The notes: generated by a model not told the origin, from the letters alone. DNA of 64,000 nt from Trueperaceae bacterium (GCA_965214405.1 OZ243956.1:704001-768000); one strand, 5' to 3'; counted from the first letter of the stretch, positions 51,305 through 62,322 are shown. Made by a program: numbers and translations.

Positions 51305-51526
51305 GTGACGGAGACCAGACGAAGAGACGGCCTCATGACTCGAGAGCGCCTGATCGAGTCGGCCCTTCACATCCTCAGCCACAAAGGTTCGGAGGCGCTT
51401 TCCCTTGGCGACCTTCCAGCCCCTTGGTTTGCAAAACTCTCACAGCCCCTTTGGCAAGTAGAAGCGGCGCACCCGCGACCTCGGCGAGGTTGCGTAGACC
51501 CGGCGGGGCCGCCAGCCCTGCTCTAA
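51305..51526 (+). pseudogene. TetR-family regulator N-terminal remnant
   Basis: RRDG..TRERLIESALHILSHKGSEALSL, then similarity is lost before the HTH recognition helix. Confidence 0.45.
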
Positions 51527-51591
51527 AGAAGCGCGACGCTGCGTCGCGCCGTGATGAACTTGTGACGCCCTTGTTCCAAATCAGTTCGCCA

Positions 51592-52788
51592 TTAGTTCGC
51601 CCGCGTCTGTTGAACGATCTTTCCGCTGGCTTTCTCTTTCAAAATAACTTTCGTCTTCCCGTCCGGCATCCTTTCCTCTTTAACGAGCCAGTGCGCGTCG
51701 TCATAATCCTTGAATCCTCCGCGCGCGCGCCCCGCGTCCGAACCGCGCCAGTCTTTTAACACAACCTCCTCCCACCTTTTACTTTCGGCGGACCTGTAGG
51801 CGGCGTCCATGACGGCGTTGACCACATAACCGTCGTAAAACGTTTCCATAGGCTGGCGGCCCTCCTCGAGCGCGTCGAGCATGTCGGTAAACATGTCGGT
51901 GTAGCCCAGGGCGGTCACCTCGTCCCCGACCGGGAAGAGCCAGCCTTTGTCGCTTTCGGCTTTTTCGGCCACATAATCTCCGCCCACACCCGTCGTAAAC
52001 ATTTCGAAGCCCGTGCGCAGCCAGTGGTTGTTCCAAATCGTGCCTTCGGTGCCCGAGACCTCGTCGCGCAAGTCCATCCCGCCCCGAAAGGTCCAGCTCA
52101 CCTCGAACTGCCCGATCGCGCCGTTCGCGTAGCGCACGAGTCCCACCGCGGTGTCTTCGGCTTCGATAGGGTGGACTTGCGTGTCCGCCCAGCACATGAC
52201 CTCCAGGGGCCTGACCTCTTTGCCGATATAGTTGCGGCTTATCTCGATGCAGTGACAGCCCAAATCGATAATGGCCCCGCCCCCTGAAATTTCTTTGTCC
52301 CAAAACCAGTCGCTGTGAGGGCCGGGATGCGTTTCACGCGAACGCGCCCAGAGCACGCGGCCCAACGCGCCGTTCTTTACGGACTGCAGCGCTTTGAGCG
52401 TTTTGGGTGTGTAGCAAAGGTCCTCGAGGTAGCCGTGAAACACCCCCGCTCGTTCAACGATGTCGAGCATCTCTTTGGCCTCGGCGGCGGTGCGCCCCAA
52501 GGGTTTGGTGCAAAGGACGGCCTTACCCGCGGCGGCGGCCAGCTTGACGGCCTCTAAATGCAAGTTATTGGGTAGACCAATCACCACGACGTCCGTTTGG
52601 GGATGGTTGATGGCGTCGGCCATACGGGTGGTGTGGTGCGGGACGCTGAAGTCTTCGGCGAACGTTTCGGCGCGTTCGCGCGTGCGTGAGTAAACGACCT
52701 CGACGCGGTCGCGGCTGCGACCGCTGTGCAGCGTTTTGGTGTAAAACGCGCCGATAAGTCCTGTGCCCAACATCGTTATCCTGTGCAT
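51592..52788 (-). CDS. Gfo/Idh/MocA oxidoreductase
   Basis: [28 protein letters not shown]. Confidence 0.9.
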   Translation of the reverse strand: MHRITMLGTGLIGAFYTKTLHSGRSRDRVEVVYSRTRERAETFAEDFSVPHHTTRMADAINHPQTDVVVIGLPNNLHLEAVKLAAAAGKAVLCTKPLGRTAAEAKEMLDIVERAGVFHGYLEDLCYTPKTLKALQSVKNGALGRVLWARSRETHPGPHSDWFWDKEISGGGAIIDLGCHCIEISRNYIGKEVRPLEVMCWADTQVHPIEAEDTAVGLVRYANGAIGQFEVSWTFRGGMDLRDEVSGTEGTIWNNHWLRTGFEMFTTGVGGDYVAEKAESDKGWLFPVGDEVTALGYTDMFTDMLDALEEGRQPMETFYDGYVVNAVMDAAYRSAESKRWEEVVLKDWRGSDAGRARGGFKDYDDAHWLVKEERMPDGKTKVILKEKASGKIVQQTRAN

Positions 52789-53783
52789 GGTTGCCTCCTT
52801 CGGGGCTGATGTTGCTGGCGAGCGTAGAGCGCCGCGCCCAAGACGCCGGGCTGCTCGAGCCCCGCCACTTTAAGTTCAGGGACATGTTTTCCAACGACCC
52901 GTAGATGCTTCTGCCACGTTTTTTTGATAATGGGAAAGAGGAGGTCGCTTGCGCCCGCCAGCCCGCCCCCGAAAACGATGCACCCGGGCGCGATCAACGT
53001 GGTCACGTTGGCTGTGGCGATACCGAGGTAGACCGCGACGCGTTCTAATGCTTCTAAGCAGGCGGCGTCCCCTCGTCTAGCCGCCTGAGCGATGGTCTTT
53101 GCATTCACGGCGTTCAGGTCGCCCTTGGTCAAGTCGTACAACACGGGGCTGCGCCCATGTGAGTAAGCCCTGGTCACGCCCGCAACCAAGGCCGGGGCGG
53201 AGGCCACCGTCTCGAGACAGCCCACACCCCCGCAGCCGCACACCAGACCGTTGGGTTCGACGATGTGATGCCCGATTTCACCTGCCAAAGCGCCGTCGCC
53301 AAGGTGAAGCTGGCCGTCAAGCAGCACGCCGCCGCCGACCCCCGTACCCATGACCACGCCGAACACGTCGCGGTAGCCTCGAGCAGCCCCCAAGACGCTC
53401 TCAGCCAACACAAACGCCCGCGCGTCGTTGATCAAAAAAGTCGCCAGGCCCGTTTCCTGGGCTAAAAAGTCAACCATCCCAAAACCAAACCAGCCCTCGG
53501 CAAAGTTGGGCATAACGAGCGTGCGACCCTCGGCAAGGTCGACCGTTGCCGGGACGCCTATCCCAAGCGAGGTGATGGTCACGTCCTCTTGCTCGGCTTT
53601 GCGCTGCAAAGTCTCGAGCGCCGCCAAAACGTCCCTTAAGATGTCGCCTCGAGCCCGGTAGGAACGCGTGAGAAAGCTCTCCGCGAACAGCAGCGTCTTA
53701 CTCTGCACCTCACCCCGTAGCAGCCCCACCCTGGTATTGGTGCCGCCCAAATCAATCCCGATGCTTCCTTCTGATGGTCTCAA
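52776..53783 (-). CDS. ROK-family sugar kinase
   Basis: GIDLGGT, INDA, GTGVGGG, GEIGH, CGCG..GCLE; likely TTG start at 53783. Confidence 0.88.
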   Translation of the reverse strand: MRPSEGSIGIDLGGTNTRVGLLRGEVQSKTLLFAESFLTRSYRARGDILRDVLAALETLQRKAEQEDVTITSLGIGVPATVDLAEGRTLVMPNFAEGWFGFGMVDFLAQETGLATFLINDARAFVLAESVLGAARGYRDVFGVVMGTGVGGGVLLDGQLHLGDGALAGEIGHHIVEPNGLVCGCGGVGCLETVASAPALVAGVTRAYSHGRSPVLYDLTKGDLNAVNAKTIAQAARRGDAACLEALERVAVYLGIATANVTTLIAPGCIVFGGGLAGASDLLFPIIKKTWQKHLRVVGKHVPELKVAGLEQPGVLGAALYARQQHQPRRRQPCTG

Positions 53784-53845
53784 GCCTCGTCCTTTTGCAC
53801 GCCATGAAACAATGCCTGTTCGTTTGCCCTCTGCGTTTGCAGTAT

Positions 53846-53863
53846 ACTGGTACGGACCACCCA
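53846..53863. promoter_or_regulatory. Putative GntR operator 1
   Basis: ACTGGTACGGACCACCCA; TGGT-N4-ACCA palindrome overlapping TATACT; 17/18 identical to the site at 54742. Confidence 0.7.
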
Positions 53864-53935
53864 GTGTCCAGCGGGTTGTGTTCTGAGCTAACCGGACTTT
53901 CCTAAGCAGGTGTGGGCAGAAAGTTGGGGCAAAAC

Positions 53936-54703
53936 GTGAGAGACCTGCCACAGTTAAAGAGCAACGCGGACACGCCGCTCTATGTGCAGCTCAAAGAATG
54001 GATGCTCGAGCGCATCCGCAACAGAAGCTTCGACCCGGCCGCCGCGCTTCCTTCCGAACGCCTCCTCATGAGCGAACTTAAAGTTTCGCGCGCAACCGTA
54101 CGGCAGGCGATTAGCGCGCTCGAGCGCGAGGGCTGGGTCGAGCGCCAGCACGGGCGCGGCACCTTTGTGAATAGCCAAAAAGTTGAACAGCCCGCGGGCA
54201 GGCTGAGCGGTTTTTCGGAAAACATGCGCTTGGCGGGTCTCACGCCCTCATCGAAGCTTGTCTCGGCGCGGCTCGAGGACCCCGGAGACAGAGTGGCGAA
54301 TATACTCAACCTCCTGCCGGGTCAGGTTGTGGCCGTCCTCGAGCGCGTCCGCTTGGCCGATGACGAACCGCTCATGTTGGAACGCAGCTTTCTCAACTAC
54401 CGCTTTGTGCCCAGGCTTTTGGAGCACGACCTGTCGGGCTCTTTATACGAGCTTTTGACGGCGCATTACCGCTTAGAGCTTTCTTCGGGTGAAGAAAGTA
54501 TCGAAGTGCTCGCAGCCGACGGGACCCTCGGTGAAAAGCTCAATCTAGATGTAGGGGACGCGGTTCTTTATACCGAAAGGCTGGTCACGGACGCTGAGGG
54601 GCATCTGCTCGAGTTCGCCCAGCGCTACGCCCGCGCGGACAAATGCAGGTTCCGCGTGACGCTCACGGGCCACGCCGCCGACTTTGTTCCCAAAGACGCG
54701 TAG
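53936..54703 (+). CDS. GntR (HutC/UTRA) transcriptional regulator
   Basis: PLYVQL, LPSERLL, VSRATVRQA, GRGTFV; UTRA domain. Confidence 0.92.
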   Translation: MRDLPQLKSNADTPLYVQLKEWMLERIRNRSFDPAAALPSERLLMSELKVSRATVRQAISALEREGWVERQHGRGTFVNSQKVEQPAGRLSGFSENMRLAGLTPSSKLVSARLEDPGDRVANILNLLPGQVVAVLERVRLADDEPLMLERSFLNYRFVPRLLEHDLSGSLYELLTAHYRLELSSGEESIEVLAADGTLGEKLNLDVGDAVLYTERLVTDAEGHLLEFAQRYARADKCRFRVTLTGHAADFVPKDA

Positions 54704-54704
54704 C

Positions 54705-54759
54705 TTGACCTGGAAAATAACGGCGTGTACGATAAACCTAAACTGGTACGGTCCACCCA
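54705..54759 (+). promoter_or_regulatory. Promoter plus putative GntR operator 2
   Basis: TTGACC-17 nt-TACGAT followed by ACTGGTACGGTCCACCCA (54742-54759). Confidence 0.7.
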
Positions 54760-54781
54760 ATCACCCTCACCCCCGGAGCCC

Positions 54782-55567
54782 ATGATGAATCAGCTTGATG
54801 TCGCCCTCGAGTACATCGACAGGTCAACTCAGATTATTCAGAGGGTGCGCGACACCCAACTGGACGCCATTCATGAAGCGGCCGAGCTCTGCGCCGACAG
54901 CATCGCCAAAAGGGGACTCGTGCATCTTTTTGGCAACGGCCACTCGCGCATGGCGGTCGAAGAGATGTGGCCGCGCTACGGCTCTTTTCCGGGCTTTCAT
55001 CCCATTGTCGAACTCTCCATGACCAACCACACGCAGGTGGTGGGGGCGAACGGGCAGCGGCAAGCGATGTGGATCGAGCGGCAAGAGGGGCTTGGGGAAG
55101 TTGTCTTGCGCAACTTTATCTTCCGCGACTACGACACCATGATGATTTTTTCGACTTCGGGCAGTAACGGCGTCGTGGTGGACGTGGCGCTGGGTGCCAA
55201 AGAGCGGGGCCTGAAAGTCGTGTCGGTGGTGGCGCTCGAGTACGCCCAAGCGCTCCGAAGCGGGCACAGCAGCGGCAAACGCTTGATTGATATTGCCGAC
55301 GTGGTCATCGACAACTGCGCGGTGCCGGGTGACGCGATGGTGGAGGTGCCCGGCGTGGACGTGCCCGTGGGGCCGGGTTCGACGATTGGCAACACGGTTG
55401 TGGTCAACGCCGTCAAATGCCTCGTCGCTGAAGCGCTTGCCGCCAAGGGTCAGCCCCCGTTGGTGCTGGCGGGTGCCTGGAAAATGGGTGAAGAGGCAAG
55501 CGCGAAACGCTTTGACGAGGCTTACGACGACCACCGCGAGCGCGTGAAGGTTGTTTATGGCGGCTGA
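54782..55567 (+). CDS. SIS-domain sugar-phosphate isomerase-like protein
   Basis: FGNGHS, FSTSGSN, ADVVIDN...GDA, GPGST. Confidence 0.85.
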   Translation: MMNQLDVALEYIDRSTQIIQRVRDTQLDAIHEAAELCADSIAKRGLVHLFGNGHSRMAVEEMWPRYGSFPGFHPIVELSMTNHTQVVGANGQRQAMWIERQEGLGEVVLRNFIFRDYDTMMIFSTSGSNGVVVDVALGAKERGLKVVSVVALEYAQALRSGHSSGKRLIDIADVVIDNCAVPGDAMVEVPGVDVPVGPGSTIGNTVVVNAVKCLVAEALAAKGQPPLVLAGAWKMGEEASAKRFDEAYDDHRERVKVVYGG

Positions 55568-56330
55568 GGGTTTGCTAACGGGTAAAACCGCCCTGATTAC
55601 GGGCGCGTCGGGTATCGCCGCCGCAGCGGCGGCGTTGTTCACCCAAGAAGGGTGCAAGGTCGTGGTGGTCGATATTTCGCAAGAAAATTTGCAGGCGGTA
55701 GAGAAGGACGTACCCGGCACCAAAACCTTGCAAGCCGACCTGACTGCGCCGGGTGCCGCCGCCGAGGTGACCAAGCAGGCCCGAGCCGCTCTAAGCGCCA
55801 TCGACATCTTGTTCAACGTAGTCGGCATCTCCGCGCGGCGCTACGGTGACGGGCCGGTTCATGAGGCCAGCGACGAAGGCTGGGACAGGGCGATGGACAC
55901 GAACGCGAAAACGACCTTTATGATGTGCCGTGAGGTGCTGCGGGTGATGCTCGAGCAAAGCGGCGGCAGCATCATCAACACCGCCTCGGTGGTGGCTTAC
56001 GCGCCCAACGCCGAGCATTTTTCTACGCACGCGTACGCGGCGTCCAAGGGTGCGGTCATCGCCTTGACAAAGTCGATGGCGTCTTACTACGCGGCGCAGG
56101 GCGTTCGCGTGAACGCCGTCGCGCCGGGTCTGATTGAAACGCCCATGAGCAGACGAGCCCAGAGTGACGAGGGCATCTTAAAGTATATGAAAGTCAAGCA
56201 GCCGCTTACGGGCGGGCTCGGCAAAGCGGAGGATGTGGCCGGTGCGGCCCTTTATTTGGCCTCAGACCTGAGCCGCTTTGTGACGGGCGAGGTTCTCGAG
56301 GTCGCGGGCGGCTGGAGCGTGGCGGGGTGA
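55557..56330 (+). CDS. SDR oxidoreductase
   Basis: ITGASGI, YAASKG, RVNAVAPG. Confidence 0.88.
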   Translation: MAAEGLLTGKTALITGASGIAAAAAALFTQEGCKVVVVDISQENLQAVEKDVPGTKTLQADLTAPGAAAEVTKQARAALSAIDILFNVVGISARRYGDGPVHEASDEGWDRAMDTNAKTTFMMCREVLRVMLEQSGGSIINTASVVAYAPNAEHFSTHAYAASKGAVIALTKSMASYYAAQGVRVNAVAPGLIETPMSRRAQSDEGILKYMKVKQPLTGGLGKAEDVAGAALYLASDLSRFVTGEVLEVAGGWSVAG

Positions 56331-56464
56331 ACACGCTCTTTAGGATTGGGTGGCGAGGTGCGGATAGTAGACTCGAGGCTAACAAAGGGAAATTTCGGTG
56401 AGGCGCGCGGGCGGGCTCGAGACCCAAAGAACGACCCAAAGGAGACGAGTTTGAAGGAGGCCAT

Positions 56465-57757
56465 GTGGAAAGCCTGAACTACAGCGTCAGCGTCCCCGTC
56501 CTGGACCATTGCGATGTGCTCGTGATTGGCGGCGGCTCGGCGGGCTCCGCCGCAGCGGTAGCGGCGGCGGGCGCGGGCGCGAAAGTAATTTTGGTCGAGC
56601 GTTACGGCTTTCTGGGCGGCACGGGCGCGATGGTCTTAGACACCTTTTACGGATTTTTCACGCCCAAGGTGGAGCGCAAGGTGGTGGGCGGGATTGCGGA
56701 TCGCGTGATTGAGGGCCTGAAAGCGCGCAACGTCCTCATTAAACGCCCCAACACCTACGGCGCGGGGGCGGGCTACACCTACGACCCCGAAACGCTCAAG
56801 GTCGTTTGGGACGAGCTGACAAGCAACGCGGGCGTACACCTGTTGCTGCACAGCTATTTTGTGGACGCGCTAGGGCAGGGAAATCGGATCACAGGCGCGA
56901 TTATCGGCACGAAGCAGGGGCTCAGGGCGATTCACGCAAAGGCCGTTGTGGACGCTTCAGGTGATGCTGATGTGGTCGCTCGAGCCGGGGGACCTTTCGA
57001 GGACGCGGGTGCAATGGGCACGGCGCAGTCGCTTACCACGACCTTTCAGATGATTAACGTTGACGTCGAGCGGGCAAAGGCGACGCCCAAGGCTGAGATG
57101 TGGCAAAAGATAGAAGAAGCGTCCCGGAGCGGTCGGTACCATCTGCCTCGCAAAGAGGGCAGTTCGCACATTACCCCCTTGGAACACGTGATGGTCACCA
57201 ACATGACCCGCGTGAGCGGCGTTGACCCGACCGACCCCGCGGCGCTCTCCAAGGCGGAAAGGGAGGGGCGCAAGCAGGCGTTCGAGTACGCCCGCTTCTT
57301 ACGCGACTTTATACCCGGTTACGAACGAGCCGTCATCGGCAGGCTGTCCACCCAAATCGGCGTGCGCGAGAGTCGCCGCGTCAGGGGCGAATATTGGCTC
57401 GAGCGTGAAGACGTGTTAGCCGCCCGCAAATTTGCCGACGCCATCGCCAAGTGCGGCGCGCCCATCGAAGAGCACCACGCGGGGGGCGACACCCGCTGGG
57501 AATATCTGCCCGAGGGCGAAACCTACGACATCCCCTTTCGGTGTCTTGTGCCGCAAAGACTCGACGGCCTCGTGGTGGCGGGCCGTTGCCTCTCGGCCTC
57601 GCACGACGCGCACGCCTCGGTCCGCTCTATAGGACAGTGTCTGGCGATGGGGCAAGCCGCGGGCCTGGCCGCAAGCCTCGCCAAAGAAGGGGACGTCCGC
57701 GGTGTCGAGACGGATGAGTTGCGTACCAGGCTGGTGGACATCGGGGCGGTGCTGTGA
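56465..57757 (+). CDS. FAD-dependent oxidoreductase (FAD_oxidored family)
   Basis: VIGGGSAG, DASGDAD, GVRESRR, AGRCLS, GQAAG. Confidence 0.88.
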   Translation: MESLNYSVSVPVLDHCDVLVIGGGSAGSAAAVAAAGAGAKVILVERYGFLGGTGAMVLDTFYGFFTPKVERKVVGGIADRVIEGLKARNVLIKRPNTYGAGAGYTYDPETLKVVWDELTSNAGVHLLLHSYFVDALGQGNRITGAIIGTKQGLRAIHAKAVVDASGDADVVARAGGPFEDAGAMGTAQSLTTTFQMINVDVERAKATPKAEMWQKIEEASRSGRYHLPRKEGSSHITPLEHVMVTNMTRVSGVDPTDPAALSKAEREGRKQAFEYARFLRDFIPGYERAVIGRLSTQIGVRESRRVRGEYWLEREDVLAARKFADAIAKCGAPIEEHHAGGDTRWEYLPEGETYDIPFRCLVPQRLDGLVVAGRCLSASHDAHASVRSIGQCLAMGQAAGLAASLAKEGDVRGVETDELRTRLVDIGAVL

Positions 57758-58698
57758 TTCGTACCGTCCTCGGTGATATCGCCCCGGAAGCGTTGAGATT
57801 TACCCTTTGCCACGAGCATCTGTTCGGGCAGCCGCCGCCGGAATTTGCCGAAGCCGACCTCTGCCTAAACGACAAAGCGTCCGCCCTCCGCGAGTTGCAA
57901 AGCTTCAAAGGGGCGGGCGGGGCCACGGTGGTGGAGATGACGACGCCCGACTACGGCAGGAACGTCGCGGTGCTGGGGCGTCTCTCGCAGGAGAGCGGCG
58001 TTCACGTCGTCGCCGCCACAGGCTTTAACAAGGCGAAGTTTGCCGACCGTTATTCGTCTGGGCTAACCGAAGATGCTTTGGTGGATTGGATGGTCACGGA
58101 GGTAGCTGAAGGTATAGAAGAGCCTCCCCCTTTTGTGGCTGATTTTTTGGCTGAGGACTCGCGCCCGCCTGCTCGAGCCGGTCTCATCAAGGCGTCCAGC
58201 AGCTTGGGCGGTCCTACCAAAGACGAAGAAAAAGTCATGCGTGCGGCGGCCCGCGCACATCAGATGACAGGTGCGCCCGTGAGTACCCACACCGAAAAGG
58301 CGACTTGGGCGCTCGAGCAGGCCACGTTTCTTACCGAACATGGCGTGAGTCCCAGAAAAATTTTGATTGGGCATCTTGACTTCAACCCCGACCTCGCCTA
58401 CTTGTCCGAAGTTGCCAGTTTGGGCGTTTACCTGGGGCTTGACCAATTTTCCAAAGACAAGTATCTGCCTGACGCCAAGCGCGCCGAGTTGGTCGTCGCG
58501 TTGACCGAAAAGGGCTTCGGGGAACAGCTTCTGCTTTCGGGCGACATGGCGAGAAAGTCGTACTGGCGCACCTTTGGCGGCGCAGGTTTTCGTCACATCC
58601 CGACAACCGTCAAGCAGCATCTATGTGAAGCGGGCATGACGGAGGCGGATTTGAAAGGACTTTTTTTTGACAACCCGAGAAACTGGTTGAACTTCTAA
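57754..58698 (+). CDS. Phosphotriesterase-like amidohydrolase/lactonase
   Basis: HEH, K (GLIKA), H (STHT), H (IGHLD), D (SGDM) metal ligands. Confidence 0.88.
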   Translation: MIRTVLGDIAPEALRFTLCHEHLFGQPPPEFAEADLCLNDKASALRELQSFKGAGGATVVEMTTPDYGRNVAVLGRLSQESGVHVVAATGFNKAKFADRYSSGLTEDALVDWMVTEVAEGIEEPPPFVADFLAEDSRPPARAGLIKASSSLGGPTKDEEKVMRAAARAHQMTGAPVSTHTEKATWALEQATFLTEHGVSPRKILIGHLDFNPDLAYLSEVASLGVYLGLDQFSKDKYLPDAKRAELVVALTEKGFGEQLLLSGDMARKSYWRTFGGAGFRHIPTTVKQHLCEAGMTEADLKGLFFDNPRNWLNF

Positions 58699-58820
58699 CA
58701 GGATTATGGTGAGCAGCGGTATTCTCTTCTTCACAGTCCCACTAGATCCCTCATTTGCGCAAACTGCTCGAGTTTTTATGTAACATGACATTGAACTTGA
58801 TTTTCGAAAGGCACACGTGA

Positions 58821-60299
58821 ATGCTCGTCGCGCGTAACATTGTCAAACATTACGGGGCTGTTCAGGCGCTTAACAATGGCACCCTGGAGGTGGGTAAGGG
58901 CGAAGTCGTCGCGCTACTCGGGGCGAACGGCAGCGGCAAGAGCACGCTCGGCAAAGTGATCACGGGCGTGGTGTCGCCTACGCGCGGAGAACTCCTGCTC
59001 GAGGGGCTCCCCGTCACCTTCGCCTCGCCCTACGCTGCGCGCCAACGGGGCGTCACGGCGGTCTATCAGGAGTTGAGCCTAGTCCCCGACATGAGCGTGG
59101 CGGAGAATATTTTTTTGGGTCACGAGCCGAGCCGGGCCGCGCTGGTGCAGCGCCGGAGAATGCGTGAGGAGGCGGAGGGGTTGCTCGAGCTTTTTGGCGG
59201 TACCTTAAACGTTTCCCCCGACACGCCTGTGTCGGACCTGCTCCCCAGCGAGCGGCAGATCGTCGAAATCCTCAAGGCCCTGAGCCAAAACCCGCGCGTG
59301 CTCGTCCTAGACGAGGCCACCGCCAGCCTCGACTCGAGGCAGGTCGATAAACTCTTCGACTTAATCGCGCGCTGGAAAGCGCAGGGCATGGCAATCATAT
59401 TCATTTCTCACCGGATGGACGAACTCTTCCGCGTCGCGGACCGCGCGGTGGTGCTGCGTAACGGGGAAACGGTGGGGAGCGCCGTCATGGCGGACACGAC
59501 CGAAGAAGCCCTCGTCGGGATGATGATCGGCGAAAGCGTGCAGCCGCAGCGTTTCGCGCGCGGCGGGACGCCCAAAGGCGTGCGCCTGAGCGTCAAAGGT
59601 TTGACAAGCGCGGGTCTTAGAGGCGTGGGGCTCGAGCTGCGCGACGGCGAGCTGCTGGGCTTGGGGGGCCTGCACGGGCAAGGGCAGGAGGCGCTGCTGC
59701 TGGCGCTTTTTGGCGCGGTTCCTTTTACGGGCTCAGTCACGCTCGGCGGCGCAGCGGTAAAGTTCGCGCACCCGCGCGAGGCCATGCGTAAGGGCGTGGC
59801 GTACGTTCCCGGCGACAGGGGCGGCGAAGGCTTGCTCATGATCCGCTCCATTTTGGAAAACCTGCTCCTCCCCTCGTGGCGCGCGTACGGCTTGCCCATC
59901 AAGCAGGGCGTGGCTCGAGCCGCCGCGCTAGACGTGGGTAAAAAACTGAGCCTCAAGATGGCGTCGCTCGACGCGCCCGTGAGTTCGCTGAGCGGCGGCA
60001 ACGCGCAAAAGGTGGTAATCGGCAAATGGCTCTTGCGCGAGCCCTCCTTGCTCCTCTTGAACGACCCCACCAAGGGCGTCGACGTCGGCTCCAAGGGCGA
60101 GTTCTACGCGCTGCTTGACGACCTCAGAAAGCAGGGCACCGCCATCTTGTTCTACAGCAGCGACGACGAAGAACTCTTGGGGCTCTGCGACCGCGTGCTG
60201 GTCTTGCAAGACGGTCGCGTCACCGCGAGCCTTGAGGGGGAGAATCTGACGCGCTCGAGCCTGGTCGCCGCCAGTATGGGCGCGGGAGTGGCCGCGTGA
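58821..60299 (+). CDS. Sugar ABC transporter ATP-binding protein (RbsA-like)
   Basis: GANGSGKST, LDEAT, LSGGNAQK. Confidence 0.92.
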   Translation: MLVARNIVKHYGAVQALNNGTLEVGKGEVVALLGANGSGKSTLGKVITGVVSPTRGELLLEGLPVTFASPYAARQRGVTAVYQELSLVPDMSVAENIFLGHEPSRAALVQRRRMREEAEGLLELFGGTLNVSPDTPVSDLLPSERQIVEILKALSQNPRVLVLDEATASLDSRQVDKLFDLIARWKAQGMAIIFISHRMDELFRVADRAVVLRNGETVGSAVMADTTEEALVGMMIGESVQPQRFARGGTPKGVRLSVKGLTSAGLRGVGLELRDGELLGLGGLHGQGQEALLLALFGAVPFTGSVTLGGAAVKFAHPREAMRKGVAYVPGDRGGEGLLMIRSILENLLLPSWRAYGLPIKQGVARAAALDVGKKLSLKMASLDAPVSSLSGGNAQKVVIGKWLLREPSLLLLNDPTKGVDVGSKGEFYALLDDLRKQGTAILFYSSDDEELLGLCDRVLVLQDGRVTASLEGENLTRSSLVAASMGAGVAA

Positions 60300-61249
60300 G
60301 CTGGCGACGTTTTTTGAGGAGCAACCCTTACCTCTTCGCGCTCCTCTTGCTCGCGGTCTTGATCGCTATCAACGCGGGCTTGCAGGCCAACTTTTTTTCG
60401 CTTCGCGCCCTTAACGGCAACTTTCGCGTGTTGCTGCCCCTGATGATTTTGGCCGCAGGGCAGGCGGTCGTGATTATCGGCGGCGGGATAGACTTGTCAG
60501 TTGGCACGATGGTGTCGCTCGTCAATGCGGTGCTGGTCACGCAAATCACGCCCGAATCGGGCGCGTTAAGTATCGCTCTGGCGGTGGCGCTCGGGTGCGC
60601 TGCGGGGATGGTCGCGGGCGCGCTCAACGGGTTCTGCGTCGCCGTGTTGCGCTTGCAGCCCATCGTCACGACCTACGCCACGAGCTTCGTTTTCTCGGGT
60701 GCGGCGCTGCTCGTGCTGCCGCGGCCGGGTGGGCAGTTACCCCGTTCTCTCGTCGGTTTTTACCGTTCTACGCCCCTGAACATCCCGCTGGCGGTGTTTG
60801 TCATCGTCATCCTCTTGCTGCTCTGGAAACTGCTGCGCTCGAGCCGCTATGGTCAATACCTCTACGCCAGCGGGAGCCGGGCGGACGCCGCCTACACGAG
60901 CGGCGTGCCCGTGTCCTTAGTCAAATTCAGCACCTACGTCTTGGCGGGTTTAGCGAGCGCCGTGGCGGCGTTGGCGCTCACGCTGGGCATCGGCAGCGGC
61001 AACGCGAGCATCGGCGACGCGATGACGCTCGACTCGATCGTCGCCGTGGTGCTGGGCGGCACGCGGCTGAGCGGCGGTCAGGGGGGCGTTGCGGGGGCCG
61101 TCATCGGCGTGGCGATTTTGGGCATCATCCGCAACCTCATCTCGTTTGCCAACGTCCCGACCTGGTACCAAACGCTCGCCAACGCGACCATCATCGTGCT
61201 GGCCCTCGCGGGACCCGGCCTGTGGCAGCTCGTGCGGAGGCGCGCGTGA
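60296..61249 (+). CDS. Sugar ABC transporter permease
   Basis: GGIDLSVG, AVVLGGT.L.GG.G. Confidence 0.92.
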   Translation: MSWRRFLRSNPYLFALLLLAVLIAINAGLQANFFSLRALNGNFRVLLPLMILAAGQAVVIIGGGIDLSVGTMVSLVNAVLVTQITPESGALSIALAVALGCAAGMVAGALNGFCVAVLRLQPIVTTYATSFVFSGAALLVLPRPGGQLPRSLVGFYRSTPLNIPLAVFVIVILLLLWKLLRSSRYGQYLYASGSRADAAYTSGVPVSLVKFSTYVLAGLASAVAALALTLGIGSGNASIGDAMTLDSIVAVVLGGTRLSGGQGGVAGAVIGVAILGIIRNLISFANVPTWYQTLANATIIVLALAGPGLWQLVRRRA

Positions 61250-62187
61250 GAGTGCGCTTTTCGCCGCCGCTGATTGCGCTGCTTTTGGCCGTGGCGCTGT
61301 TCTTTTTGGGCGGCGTTATCCGCCCCGGTTTTGTCAACGTCAACCAGGCCGTCAACATCTTGCGCCTGGCCTCGCTGTTGGGCATCGTGGCGGCGGGGCA
61401 AACGCTGGTCATCATCAGCGGCGGGGAGGGCATCGACTTGTCGGTCGGCTCGGTGGTGACGCTGGGGGCGATCCTGACCTTTCGGTTTTCGGACGGTCAA
61501 AACGAGTGGCTGCTTCTGGGACTCCTCATGGCGCTCGCAGCGGGCGCGGCGGTGGGCCTTGTTAACGGGTTGGGCATCATCTTTTTGCGCATTCCGCCCT
61601 TGGTCATGACGCTCGGGATGGCGGGCGTGGTGCAGGGGCTGGTGCTGGTGGTTACTCAAGGGAGGCTTCCGGGGGGGACGCCGCCTCTACTCGCCGGGCT
61701 CATCTCGAGCAACTTCCTGGGGCTGCCCGGCAGCGTCTACCTCTGGCTGGCGCTGGCCGCGCTCATGGGGCTGGGGCTCGAGCGCAGCCCCTACGGCAAG
61801 CACCTCTTCGCCACCGGCGTCAACCGCACCGCCGCGCGGCTCTCCGGGGTGAACGTGCCGCGCGTTGTCGTGATCACGTACGCGCTGAGCGGCACCTTGG
61901 CGGCGCTGGGCGGTTTTTGCTTGCTAGGCTTTACCCAGCGGGTGTTTTTAAGCCTCGGCACACCCTACCTTTTCCCGTCCATTGCGGCGGTGGTGGTGGG
62001 CGGGACGGTGTTGGCGGGGGGCAAAGGGAGCTACTGGGGCACGGTGGCGGGCGCGCTGGTCCTCACCCTCATCAACAGCTTGCTGACCGCGATGCGGCTC
62101 TCCGAAGCCTATCAGCTTATTATCCTGGGGGTGACGCTGGTGCTGCTCATCTCGGTCTATGGGCGGCAGCGGGCGATGCGGCAGTAG
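61246..62187 (+). CDS. Sugar ABC transporter permease
   Basis: GTG 61246 overlapping the previous stop; GIDLSVG, IAAVVVGGT. Confidence 0.9.
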   Translation: MRVRFSPPLIALLLAVALFFLGGVIRPGFVNVNQAVNILRLASLLGIVAAGQTLVIISGGEGIDLSVGSVVTLGAILTFRFSDGQNEWLLLGLLMALAAGAAVGLVNGLGIIFLRIPPLVMTLGMAGVVQGLVLVVTQGRLPGGTPPLLAGLISSNFLGLPGSVYLWLALAALMGLGLERSPYGKHLFATGVNRTAARLSGVNVPRVVVITYALSGTLAALGGFCLLGFTQRVFLSLGTPYLFPSIAAVVVGGTVLAGGKGSYWGTVAGALVLTLINSLLTAMRLSEAYQLIILGVTLVLLISVYGRQRAMRQ

Positions 62188-62322
62188 GTAGCAGGTATCA
62201 CGCACCCGCGCACCCGCAGGTATAAATCGTCTGGTCTGAGCGAGCAGAGTTTGTCATGTTAACGTTCGGAACGTTGTTTAACTCAGGTTTGGCTAACGGT
62301 CAAGAAAGTAGGGAAAGCGGCT

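Noticed and set aside
60595..61245. 530-aa permease with long N-terminal extension (ORF track)
   Set aside because: The extension is an alternative frame of the upstream permease; the real start is GTG 61246.
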